Of a stretch of DNA of 64,000 nt, positions 1 to 8,429 are shown in pieces. The notes below the pieces were generated by a model that was not told where the DNA came from, did no database searches, and saw only the letters and a program-made list of their open reading frames with translations. This DNA is from Polyangia bacterium (GTDB lineage Bacteria; Myxococcota_A; Polyangia; Polyangiales; JAUICN01): NCBI GenBank assembly GCA_030427835.1, contig JAUICN010000013.1:16663-80662 (forward strand), in the 5' to 3' direction. The number at the start of each line of letters is the position of its first letter. Positions within the stretch are counted from its first letter, which is position 1. The translations under genes were made by a program, and so were the position numbers.

Positions 1-1150
1 CGGGGCCCGACATGAGAATCTGGGAAGCCCCGACCGCAAGCCACCCACCCTCACCCGCAAACGTATCCCCGAAATCCAACTGCGCGGCCTGATCCGAAGG
101 TTCGATTTTTTGCACCAACCGTAGCGTTGGATCGGTAGAGTTTTCAACCTCGTAAACAAAGAGCACCCCTTGTTCCACCATGGGCACTTGCTGACGGCCG
201 TTCACAAACAGTTGCCCATCCATCTCAAACATATCCAAGCCAAAAAGCCGGGTATCCTCGGAGTCTGTCGGCCGCAGTTTGATTTCACATCCACCTCGAC
301 CATCACACCACCCATCACCGCTGCAGGGGGTTCCGTCTTCCCGGTGGGTCACGTCACTGCAAATCGGGGTGCCAGTGGTGCAATCCACAAACCCAACCGT
401 GCACTCGGAGGCTCCCGGAAAACAGATCTGCCCGCATTCTGGAGCGACCACGGATTCACAACCGACCGATGGATCGGGGTTGCAGAAATACAAGGGGTCA
501 CACCCCAACGGCTTGATAACCTGTAAGCACATTCCATGGATGCACCTGGAGTCAGCGCACAGGGCTGTCACAGGGCACTCTTCGTCCTGGGTACAGGCCT
601 GGAGTCCACATCCCGCGATCCATGCACCTCCACGTTCCACCCCCGTTGAGCCGTCCCGGTCGATACATTGCCCGTTGACACATTGGTTGCAGGGCAGTCC
701 ATTGTCGCGCAGACAGCCCAGGCTATCGCAACCGCGGGAGAGAACCACGGTGAGTAACTCCTGACCCCTAAAAAACAACGGCACCGACCAGGCATCGACC
801 ACCCCCTCCGAGTCGTTCATAAGGCGAACGTTCACGGTTTGATCGCCCAGGGGCAGCCCTTGCACATCCGCAACAACAACCCCTTCGTTCAAGTTGCCCG
901 CACCCTTTGGGTCCCAGCGCACGTCGTGGGAAACCTCCGCCGCTTGCAACACCCCAGCACTCACATGGGTGTGCACCGAAGAGAACTCCCGACCTGGCTC
1001 GTAGTCGGTCACCAACACCACCCGCAAACCCGCCACGCGCTGCACGGGCTCGATGCGACCACAACCCGAAAGCATGCAGAGCAGCAGCAGAGAATCGACG
1101 CCCCAGCAAAACCGGTTGAAACGGGATTTTTCGGCTCGATTTGTGTTCAA
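1..1150 (-). CDS. Cys-rich lipoprotein with FG-GAP-like C-terminal region, truncated at window edge (absent from ORF track)
   Basis: Manual translation gives an open frame from TTG 1150 to position 1. It has a lipobox-like LLLLCMLSGC, Cys-rich repeats (CTQDEECP..CADSRC..C) and a distal LDFGDTFAGEGGWLAVGA segment resembling FG-GAP repeats. Start codon uncertain. Confidence 0.7.
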   Translation of the reverse strand, partial: MNTNRAEKSRFNRFCWGVDSLLLLCMLSGCGRIEPVQRVAGLRVVLVTDYEPGREFSSVHTHVSAGVLQAAEVSHDVRWDPKGAGNLNEGVVVADVQGLPLGDQTVNVRLMNDSEGVVDAWSVPLFFRGQELLTVVLSRGCDSLGCLRDNGLPCNQCVNGQCIDRDGSTGVERGGAWIAGCGLQACTQDEECPVTALCADSRCIHGMCLQVIKPLGCDPLYFCNPDPSVGCESVVAPECGQICFPGASECTVGFVDCTTGTPICSDVTHREDGTPCSGDGWCDGRGGCEIKLRPTDSEDTRLFGLDMFEMDGQLFVNGRQQVPMVEQGVLFVYEVENSTDPTLRLVQKIEPSDQAAQLDFGDTFAGEGGWLAVGASQILMSGP

Positions 1151-1291
1151 AACAACCGATATGTTGCGCTACGTCATCGACCCGGTCAAAGCAACAAAAA
1201 TGTGAATACGTTGTTTTTCCGCGTTCAGGAATCGCCCGGTCAGGGCCCTAGTTCACAAGCGGTGTAGGCAACCCAGCGTAAACGACCCGGC

Positions 1292-2470
1292 TCAGCGCGG
1301 GCTTTCGCCTAGGACCTGGGCAGCGGCGTTGACGGCGAGGGACGTGGGCGACGCCTGTTCTGGGAGTTCATAGGTTTCGCGTATTGCGGTGAGAAACATA
1401 CTTAGGTTGTCGATGAGTAAGAGTTTGTTGTCGGCTTGCACCGCTCCCACGTGCCACAGGGTGCGGCCTAGGATGACAAGCAGGGACGTGAGCGGCTCCT
1501 GGATGTCCCTGTAGCTCTCCTGGTTGGGTACGTGAACCGACCAGGTGCGGTTGTTCTCGAGATCCCAGGCACGCTGTTCTGGGTTGAGCGTTTCGGCTCC
1601 AGCGGAAAGCGTGTGGTGGGTTTCCACGTGAACGATCACTTCGTCAACCGACGTGCGCAGGACGTGCGCCTTGAATACCACCAGAAGGCGCCCGGCCCTG
1701 GTTTGCCAGTGCAAATGCGTGGGGTGCAGGTGTGCGTTTTTTACGTCGGTCAGGGTTCTGTTCAGACAGGGCTCGATCCAACCCAGGACGCCATTGGTGG
1801 GCGTGTACACCACTCGGGTTTCATTCTCTGAGCAATGGATGGACGGACCCGCCCGGTCCAGGGTGATGTCGCTCACAAATGGGACGTTCTCCCCCGGGCG
1901 CGGTGGTTGCAGACCGTAGCCGATGGATTCAAACGGGGCCTTTCGGTACCCACGGCGAACGTTACTCCAGGGTACGGTTCTCCACTCCATGCCCACGTTG
2001 CCAACCTTGACCTGGTACATGAGGCCTCCCCTGTCCCGAATGGCGCCAAGGGTAGTCTTCAGTGTAGGTTGCGCTTCTCCTGCGAGCTGCTCGGAGATAT
2101 GAACCTGGGTCGTCTCTTCGAGACCGGGCAGGATACCCAGAGGGGTGTGTGATTCTGCGCGATTCTGTCCGCGCAGACCGATCCGCCATTGCACCATCGC
2201 CAGGCCGCCGGGCCCCGCCTGGTCGTTCATACGTTGGCTGGGTAGCGTGAGTTGCCGTGGGGTGACGTTCACCTGGGTGCTGTCAGGCGTGCATGTGCCC
2301 GCAAAACAAAGGGAGCCCTCGGCGCACTCGGCGTCGGCGAAGCACCACGGGTGGCTACTTAAGCTGCCAGCCACTGCTTTGGGCTCCGAGTGCCCTGCAC
2401 TGCAACCCATCTGCAAAAACAGGGCGCCCGCAACCACCCATGTACCGCTCGAACACCATGAAGCTACCAT
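1292..2470 (-). CDS. Hypothetical lipoprotein with short Cys-rich N-terminal motif
   Basis: ORF 1292..2500. The ATG at 2470 has a GGAG SD. Lipobox-like LFLQMGC and CFADAECAEGSLCFAGTC. The ORF-track start at 2500 is the -12 box of a sigma54-like promoter. Confidence 0.65.
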   Translation of the reverse strand: MVASWCSSGTWVVAGALFLQMGCSAGHSEPKAVAGSLSSHPWCFADAECAEGSLCFAGTCTPDSTQVNVTPRQLTLPSQRMNDQAGPGGLAMVQWRIGLRGQNRAESHTPLGILPGLEETTQVHISEQLAGEAQPTLKTTLGAIRDRGGLMYQVKVGNVGMEWRTVPWSNVRRGYRKAPFESIGYGLQPPRPGENVPFVSDITLDRAGPSIHCSENETRVVYTPTNGVLGWIEPCLNRTLTDVKNAHLHPTHLHWQTRAGRLLVVFKAHVLRTSVDEVIVHVETHHTLSAGAETLNPEQRAWDLENNRTWSVHVPNQESYRDIQEPLTSLLVILGRTLWHVGAVQADNKLLLIDNLSMFLTAIRETYELPEQASPTSLAVNAAAQVLGESPR

Positions 2471-2495
2471 TGACTCTCCAATCGTGAGAGCACGT

Positions 2496-2511
2496 GGCAA
2501 CTACTGTGCCA
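2496..2511 (-). promoter_or_regulatory. sigma54-type -24/-12 promoter
   Basis: Minus strand TGGCACA-GTAG-TTGCC (GG-N10-GC). The -12 C lies 27 nt before ATG 2470. Confidence 0.65.
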
Positions 2512-2566
2512 ATCCAGACGACTCCCCCCAGTGGAATACGAGCCATGTTCAGGCGCTGGGATCTGG

Positions 2567-2730
2567 CTAGACCGCTTCGGGATTTAGATGAGTGAATGAT
2601 CGGTGCCCAGCGGAGCCTCCAGGGCACGACAAGCGACGAAGCAATGTAGAACATTGTTGAGGAGGTTGGAGCGTCGTGGTGGTTTTGCTGGGTGCCGAGG
2701 GTCGATCAGATAAATCCCGAAGCGGTCTAG
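2567..2730. mobile_element. MITE-like element with 20-bp perfect terminal inverted repeats (CTAG at both ends)
   Basis: CTAGACCGCTTCGGGATTTA (2567-2586) is the exact reverse complement of 2711-2730. The element is 164 bp with no credible ORF. Confidence 0.6.
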
Positions 2731-3599
2731 AGGTCTTCTTCGCCAGGGTTGGCGAGGCGTTGGGTCCAGAGGATGGCGTCCTTGCGGGCGTCTCCTTCGG
2801 TAATCCCTGAGGCCAATAGCCCGGTCTTGCGGAAACCGGCGGCCACGTAGGCGGCTCCGGTTTGCACGTCATCGCTTGCGGCAAAGCCGAATGCGGAGAC
2901 GATGCCCCGCTCCTTCAGATCAGCGCACATGTGGCGCAGGCCTCCCACCAGGTTCTTAAGCTGCTTGTCGTCCTCGGGGCGGTGCATGACCTCCACCAGG
3001 GAATGACCAAAGCAATCCTGGAACTCGGCACCCAGGTAGTTGGTGGCACCCTTGGAGGCGCAGGAAAAACTGATCCGCTCGGCGTCACGGCCAAAGACGT
3101 CAAAGGAGTTGATGGACTGGCCTTTCTTAAAGCTCTTGTCGCGAAGGGCTTCCAGTTCGGTGTCTTCGATCTGTTCGACCTTGATGCCACGGAGCTCCTC
3201 TGGAATGTCCTTGGCGATCTTCTTGGCTTGCACAATGGTCTTCTCTGCGAGCTTCTGCCCGTCCTCATTGACCTCCACGCTTGCGGTCTTGTCGCCGATG
3301 ACACACCCACACACGTGGCCATCGCTGCGCTTGTAGAACCCGGGGATGGTGCCTTCGCGCACAAAGCCCACACGGGTCCAGGAGGAGACCTCATCCTTTT
3401 CCACCAGGGTGATGACTTTTTCAATGCCTTCCTTCTTGGCCATGGACTGGATGAACAGCCGCTTGGCGGGCAGCGCGCCGGCACGAAAATCAATGACGCG
3501 GATCAGCCGTGTGCGCCGGTTGAGCAGCAAGCAAAGAAATGCGCTGTCGCTGCGGAATAAAAACTCTTCAACCCAGGGCTGTTTCGACTTCGTGGCCAT
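2727..3599 (-). CDS. Tandem GNAT-fold protein resembling beta-lysine N-acetyltransferase (AblB/YodP-like)
   Basis: RIRVIDFR..AKKEGIEKVITLV..GFVREGTIPGFY and C-terminal AGFRKTGLL match my recollection of the AblB two-domain GNAT pattern. Confidence 0.55.
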   Translation of the reverse strand: MATKSKQPWVEEFLFRSDSAFLCLLLNRRTRLIRVIDFRAGALPAKRLFIQSMAKKEGIEKVITLVEKDEVSSWTRVGFVREGTIPGFYKRSDGHVCGCVIGDKTASVEVNEDGQKLAEKTIVQAKKIAKDIPEELRGIKVEQIEDTELEALRDKSFKKGQSINSFDVFGRDAERISFSCASKGATNYLGAEFQDCFGHSLVEVMHRPEDDKQLKNLVGGLRHMCADLKERGIVSAFGFAASDDVQTGAAYVAAGFRKTGLLASGITEGDARKDAILWTQRLANPGEEDL

Positions 3600-3695
3600 T
3601 GTTTGGTGGGTACCTTTCTGTGGGGCGACGTGTGGAGATGTCGCCGTAGATCTCGCAGGCCAAGCTACGGTTCGGGATCCAGGCTGTCAATCGGT

Positions 3696-3745
3696 TGGAA
3701 CATGGGATGTTCCAGTTTTTGGGAACATGGAGCGCTCCATGTTCC
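3696..3745. promoter_or_regulatory. Paired palindromes sharing a GGAACAT half-site; candidate enhancer (UAS) or operator
   Basis: TGGAACAT-GGG-ATGTTCCA (3696-3714) and the perfect 24-bp palindrome GGAACATGGAGCGCTCCATGTTCC (3722-3745) lie about 45-95 bp upstream of a sigma54 -24 box. Confidence 0.5.
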
Positions 3746-3787
3746 GCTGTGGACCCAAATACCAGCAAACCCTGGGCGAAACTCGCT

Positions 3788-3803
3788 GGGCACGGAGGTT
3801 GCT
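3788..3803 (+). promoter_or_regulatory. sigma54-type promoter
   Basis: gGGCACG-GAGG-TTGCT. The -12 C is at 3802 and an in-frame GTG is at 3816. Confidence 0.6.
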
Positions 3804-3815
3804 ACCTGTTTGGGT

Positions 3816-5564
3816 GTGCTGTCCCTCCCCCAACCAAACAATGTACGCAAACGTGGTGGCATCTACTCCCCTGTGGGTCGGCTGTCCCTCGCCCTATCTG
3901 GAGCGTTGGCCCTTTCAGGCTGTTCTGGGTTTTCGGGTTTGATTTCGGATCCCGGCGGCAACACACCCAAGAAGAACGGCGGCAACACGATTGACCTGAC
4001 GGCCGGCGACCCAGGCCATGTGGGGCCGGCTCGCCTTACCCGGGATCAATACACCCGCACCATGCAGGATCTGTTTAGCTCGGAACAAACTCCTGGCGAT
4101 CTACTTCCCACCGATGGCCTTGGTAGCAATGGCTTTCCGAATCAGGCGGAAAGCCTGACCCTGTCGGATGCCCATGTGCAGGGCATGCTGACCGGTGCCG
4201 AGAACCTGGTGGGTGAGGCCTTTTCACGGGGCCCTGTCACCGACGGGAGCTGGGGCGCGGTGCTTCCCTGCGATTGGAGGGAGATGTCCGACGAGGGCAA
4301 GAAGCAATGCGCCTACGAAACCCTGGAGGGATTTGCGTTTCGAGCGTGGCGGCGACCCCTTTCTGACCAGGAAAAATCTGAGATCCGAGGTTATTATGAT
4401 CAAGAGGCCGGCAACGAGACCTGGGAGGAATCCATCACCCGCGGGTTGATGGGCATTCTGCTTTCGCCGCAGTTCATCTACCACGTCAACGGCACCCAAG
4501 GGGACGGCGAGAAGAGGGAACTGGACCCCTACTCCCTGGCCTCACGATTGTCCTACACCGTGTGGGGCACCATGCCCGACGAGCTTCTTTTCGATTCGGC
4601 CAAGAGTGGAGACTTGATCAAGGAGGAGGAACTACTCCGTCAGGTGGACCGCATGCTGGATGACCCACGGGCGACGGAAGCACTGGTGGATTCGTTTTTC
4701 ATGAATTGGCTTCGTCTTGGACCTGCCGCGAACAATCAGTTTGGGGGCGATCACGGTGCCCGGCTTACGGGTGAATTGCGTGCCGCGATCCTTGCAGAGT
4801 TGAACCGGTTTGCGGAGGAGATTCTATTTGGTGACTACCCCATCACGGAACTGTTGTTGCACCCCACCCTGTACGTGAACGACACGTTGGCCGCCCACTA
4901 CGGCATGGCCGCTCCAGGATCGGCCACAGAGCTGGTTGCGGTGGACGCCTCGCTCGCCCAGGGCGGGCGCCAGGGGATTTTCGGGTTGGCAGGGTTCTAC
5001 ATGGCGATTTCAAACTCCCTAAAGACGGGAGCCACCCATCGTGGCCTGGTGGTTTTGGAAGTTCTTTTGGACCGGGCCCCGCCTCCGCCGCCCGCAGATG
5101 TGTTGGCCATGTTTCCCGACGTCACGGGCGACCTTGCTCCCCGTGAGTTCATGGCAATCCATAGGGCAGACCCCGCTTGCGCGGCCTGCCACAACCTCAT
5201 GGACCCTGTGGGTTTTGGTCTGGAAACCTACGACCCTATCGGCACCTATGTGTCGGAGTACGCGGAGTTCAACAATCAACCAAGGCCCACCGATGGCGTG
5301 TATGATGGACAATCCTTTGATTCGGTGGCGGAGTTGAGTGAGATCATCGCAGCCTCAGACGACTACCCCCGGGCGATGATGAAACACCTCATGGGCTATT
5401 TTGCAGGTCGAAAAATAACAGGCAGCGACGACAGCACCGTGGAAATAGCGATTCAGGACATGCGAGAAAACGGAAACACATTTCGGGATGCCATTCGCGC
5501 GGTGGTCAAGAGCGTGGTGTTTCGTGGGCAGGAAGTTCAAGAAGGAGGCGGAACATGCCAGTAG
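3816..5564 (+). CDS. DUF1587/1595/1592/1588/1585 multi-domain lipoprotein with CxxCH heme motif
   Basis: RLTRDQY, AFRAWRRPL, ILLSPQFIY..LASRLSY..W.TMPD, HRGL..L..LL, HR.DPACAACH..MDP.GFGLE.YD.IG. Lipobox LALSGC. Start revised from 3603 to GTG 3816 (TTG 3810 is an alternative). Confidence 0.85.
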   Translation: MLSLPQPNNVRKRGGIYSPVGRLSLALSGALALSGCSGFSGLISDPGGNTPKKNGGNTIDLTAGDPGHVGPARLTRDQYTRTMQDLFSSEQTPGDLLPTDGLGSNGFPNQAESLTLSDAHVQGMLTGAENLVGEAFSRGPVTDGSWGAVLPCDWREMSDEGKKQCAYETLEGFAFRAWRRPLSDQEKSEIRGYYDQEAGNETWEESITRGLMGILLSPQFIYHVNGTQGDGEKRELDPYSLASRLSYTVWGTMPDELLFDSAKSGDLIKEEELLRQVDRMLDDPRATEALVDSFFMNWLRLGPAANNQFGGDHGARLTGELRAAILAELNRFAEEILFGDYPITELLLHPTLYVNDTLAAHYGMAAPGSATELVAVDASLAQGGRQGIFGLAGFYMAISNSLKTGATHRGLVVLEVLLDRAPPPPPADVLAMFPDVTGDLAPREFMAIHRADPACAACHNLMDPVGFGLETYDPIGTYVSEYAEFNNQPRPTDGVYDGQSFDSVAELSEIIAASDDYPRAMMKHLMGYFAGRKITGSDDSTVEIAIQDMRENGNTFRDAIRAVVKSVVFRGQEVQEGGGTCQ

Positions 5565-7099
5565 GCAAGTGGACGAAGGAACGTCAACAGGCTCTTCTAC
5601 AATCAGAGATCGACGCCGCAAAACGCAGGGAACTCACCCGACGGAAGTTTCTCCAGCGCGCAGCAGCGGGTATCGCGGTGCCCACGTTGGTTTCCCTTCT
5701 TCCACGGACACTTCGGGCAGCCCCCCAACCCGGAGGCGGCACGGGCAGCATACCCAAGTCCAAGTATTTTGTGTTTTGCAATCTCCCCAACGGCATCCCC
5801 GTACATCACCCGGCCCACCAATCGGGGCCCAGTGAAGCCATGATTCCTGGGAGCCAAGGGGTTATCCAATCGCCCACCACGGTGCTTTCACCACTGCTCG
5901 ATGCGAGTACGCCGTTTACGTTGGTATCCAACCTGTATTGGAAATCTGGATGTAAAGCGCCCCTTGGGGACTACTACATGGGCCCCACCGGAAACGGCAC
6001 AGACGGCGACCACGGGCACCCTGGGGGAACGACTGCGTTTACGGGAGCCTCCCACCACCGGGGTTCCACGTACTACGGCAACCACAATGGCGCGACGATC
6101 GACCACATCATCGGCGAACACATTGCCAACCAACGCCCCTATGGACAAAAGGGTGTGCACATGCGCTTTCACAGCGGGCAGTACTCGAAGATGACCTACG
6201 CTACCCTTTCCTACCGCGGTGTGAAACAGCCCAATGTCCACCAGCACATTCCCTCTCAACTTCTATCCAACCTTTGTGTGACCAACCCCGTGGAGAACTC
6301 CGTGCCGCAAGAAGGGTCCAACGGAAACGCCAGACATCGGAGTATTTTGGACTTTGCCAGGGAGCGATTGGACAAGATGGCCTGCGAGGCCAGCGCCGAG
6401 GACCGGGCGACTCTGGACCAGTTCACCACTTCGGTGCGTGAGGTGGAAATGCGTATTCAAGATCTACCTCCGACGGCCAGCTGTGCAGGCCCCGGTACCG
6501 TGAACACAAATGTTCGGAGCGATTCGGAGGGCAAGTACCAAGATCTTTTGACGGCATTCTATCAGTTGGTTCCATTGACGCTTCAAACGGGCTCCGCACC
6601 GGTGGCCACTGTGATGTTGGACAACATTGCCAGCAATCAAACCTACGGCTACATCGGTGCATCGAACTTGCACCACGATGACAGCCACTACGGCACAGGA
6701 AATCACGACGCGACCAAGTTCAATCGGTACGCCAAAATTGTACAGCACCACGTGCGCAAGTTTGGGGAAATGGTCGAATCCCTGAAAGGCTACACCGACG
6801 TGGATGGCCAATCCGTGTACGACGGCACCACGGCGGTGTTCACCTCCAACATGGGGTCCGGCTCCTACCACGAGCAGCGGGACATGGCGGCCATCATCGC
6901 GGGGGGCGGCGGAGGCTACTGGCTGCACAACACCAACAACCAACCCATGCACGTGGCCCATCGCCCGGGCACCAGCGGCGGCCACCTAGGGGATTTCCTC
7001 TCCACCCTCGCCCGCGCCCACGGCCATCAGCAACTCGTAGGCCACAGCGACTGGGTCGACGGCATCATCCCCGAAATCACCTACACTGCCAACACCTAG
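5555..7099 (+). CDS. DUF1552 family protein with Tat-type signal
   Basis: RRKFLQRAAAG twin-Arg motif, SILD..RE....L....D...LDQF..SVRE.E.RI core, SNMGSGSYH. Overlaps the upstream DUF1592 gene, the usual partner arrangement. Confidence 0.85.
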   Translation: MPVGKWTKERQQALLQSEIDAAKRRELTRRKFLQRAAAGIAVPTLVSLLPRTLRAAPQPGGGTGSIPKSKYFVFCNLPNGIPVHHPAHQSGPSEAMIPGSQGVIQSPTTVLSPLLDASTPFTLVSNLYWKSGCKAPLGDYYMGPTGNGTDGDHGHPGGTTAFTGASHHRGSTYYGNHNGATIDHIIGEHIANQRPYGQKGVHMRFHSGQYSKMTYATLSYRGVKQPNVHQHIPSQLLSNLCVTNPVENSVPQEGSNGNARHRSILDFARERLDKMACEASAEDRATLDQFTTSVREVEMRIQDLPPTASCAGPGTVNTNVRSDSEGKYQDLLTAFYQLVPLTLQTGSAPVATVMLDNIASNQTYGYIGASNLHHDDSHYGTGNHDATKFNRYAKIVQHHVRKFGEMVESLKGYTDVDGQSVYDGTTAVFTSNMGSGSYHEQRDMAAIIAGGGGGYWLHNTNNQPMHVAHRPGTSGGHLGDFLSTLARAHGHQQLVGHSDWVDGIIPEITYTANT

Positions 7100-7219
7100 G
7101 CCAGTTCCATCCCTCAGTCACAACACCAGTTCGCTAGAAGCCGTGATCAAACGGCGAAAAAACGACCCAGGTTGAAAAAGTACGCAACTGAGTGGCGTGT
7201 CTGACCGATAAGGGAGCAC

Positions 7220-8098
7220 ATGACGATGCCCCGCCAGGTCCTGCAAGGGACCACCTACATGATAAGCCGCCGGTGCGTTGAACAACGGTTCTACTTGCAA
7301 CCCAGTGCCTGGCTCAATGCCGTTATCCTATTTCTCCTCGCCGTACTGGCTGAAATGTTTGGGATGGAAGTCCACGGTTTTACCTTCATGAGCAACCACT
7401 ATCACCTCATGATGACCGACCCCCACGGGAAAATCCCCCAGTTCATGGCACGATTCAACCGCCACTTGGCCCTCGCCGTGAAGTTCTACCACCGCATCGG
7501 AGGATGCATATTCGACCCCTGCGTCTCCTACCACGCCATGCCCCTGCTCACCCCAGAGGCGGTCCTCGACAAGCTCAGCTACATGACCCTGAACCCTGTC
7601 TCCGCTGGCCTTGTCCCCAAACCGGAGCAGTGGGAGGGCCTGAATACCTCCCCCGAACAACTCGGAACAGTTCTCCTGGAAGGGCTAAAGGTCCCTTCCT
7701 TTTTCAAACGCGTTTCCTGGGTGATTCCCAAACGATTCGTACTCACCATGCCCCCAGCCCTACGGGACCAGGACCGGGACACTGTCGTAATCACTTTGCA
7801 ACGTCTCAATGAAGACCGGCGTCGCAAGGTACGGGGCCCCTTTCGCGGGATGCAACAGGTGCACAATATCCCTGTCACCTTCCAACCAGAAACCCAGGCC
7901 CCAAACAAACCCCAGCGCATCCCCACACATTCGGCAAAAAGCACAGCCGTCTATCGCCAAGCACGTGCTTCCCTACGTGCGTTTCGCAACGCTTACCGCA
8001 ATGCCTTGCGCCATTTTCGAAACGGTCACTTCAACACACCCTTTCCTGAGGGTACCTGGTGGATGATTCACTACGGCGGCGCTTCCCTCGCTACATAG
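7220..8098 (+). CDS. REP-associated tyrosine transposase-like HUH (Y1) endonuclease, copy 1
   Basis: TYMISRRC, F.FMSNHYHL (HUH), YMTLNPV.AGLV (catalytic Tyr), C-terminal FPEGTW. SD AGGGAG upstream. Confidence 0.85.
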   Translation: MTMPRQVLQGTTYMISRRCVEQRFYLQPSAWLNAVILFLLAVLAEMFGMEVHGFTFMSNHYHLMMTDPHGKIPQFMARFNRHLALAVKFYHRIGGCIFDPCVSYHAMPLLTPEAVLDKLSYMTLNPVSAGLVPKPEQWEGLNTSPEQLGTVLLEGLKVPSFFKRVSWVIPKRFVLTMPPALRDQDRDTVVITLQRLNEDRRRKVRGPFRGMQQVHNIPVTFQPETQAPNKPQRIPTHSAKSTAVYRQARASLRAFRNAYRNALRHFRNGHFNTPFPEGTWWMIHYGGASLAT

Positions 8099-8286
8099 AG
8101 CACCCCTACACCTTGCAAGTTCCCACGGAAGCCTCTTCCCACCGCATCCGTGCGTCCACGGGCAGACACTTTTGAAAATCCTCTCCGCAGACTCACTTCC
8201 ACGGAGGCAAAACGGCAGCAATGTGCGTAACCAGAAGCTGTTCCGGTCACAAAGAGGTTGGTGCACAGGCAGCCTCGTGCCCCCAA

Positions 8287-8316
8287 TCACCCGAGTTACC
8301 CAATCAACCTGGGTGA
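8287..8316. repeat. REP-like inverted doublet (ACCCAGGTT family)
   Basis: TCACCCGAGTT-ACCCAATC-AACCTGGGTGA forms an 11-bp stem with one G-T pair and one mismatch. Confidence 0.5.
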
Positions 8317-8429
8317 GTTTGTAACAAGCGACTCGCCGGTTAGGTTTTCAATGCACAATTGGCAACGGGCCAACTCCTGGTGGAGATGACCCGCTGGGTA
8401 GGAGGATTGCCCTCCCCGGTTACCCCAGA

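Noticed and set aside
7220-8098. RAYT copies as recent IS200/IS605 insertions with TnpB
   Set aside because: No tnpB nearby, the proteins are about 290 aa (longer than the ~150-aa TnpA), and the two copies are strongly diverged.
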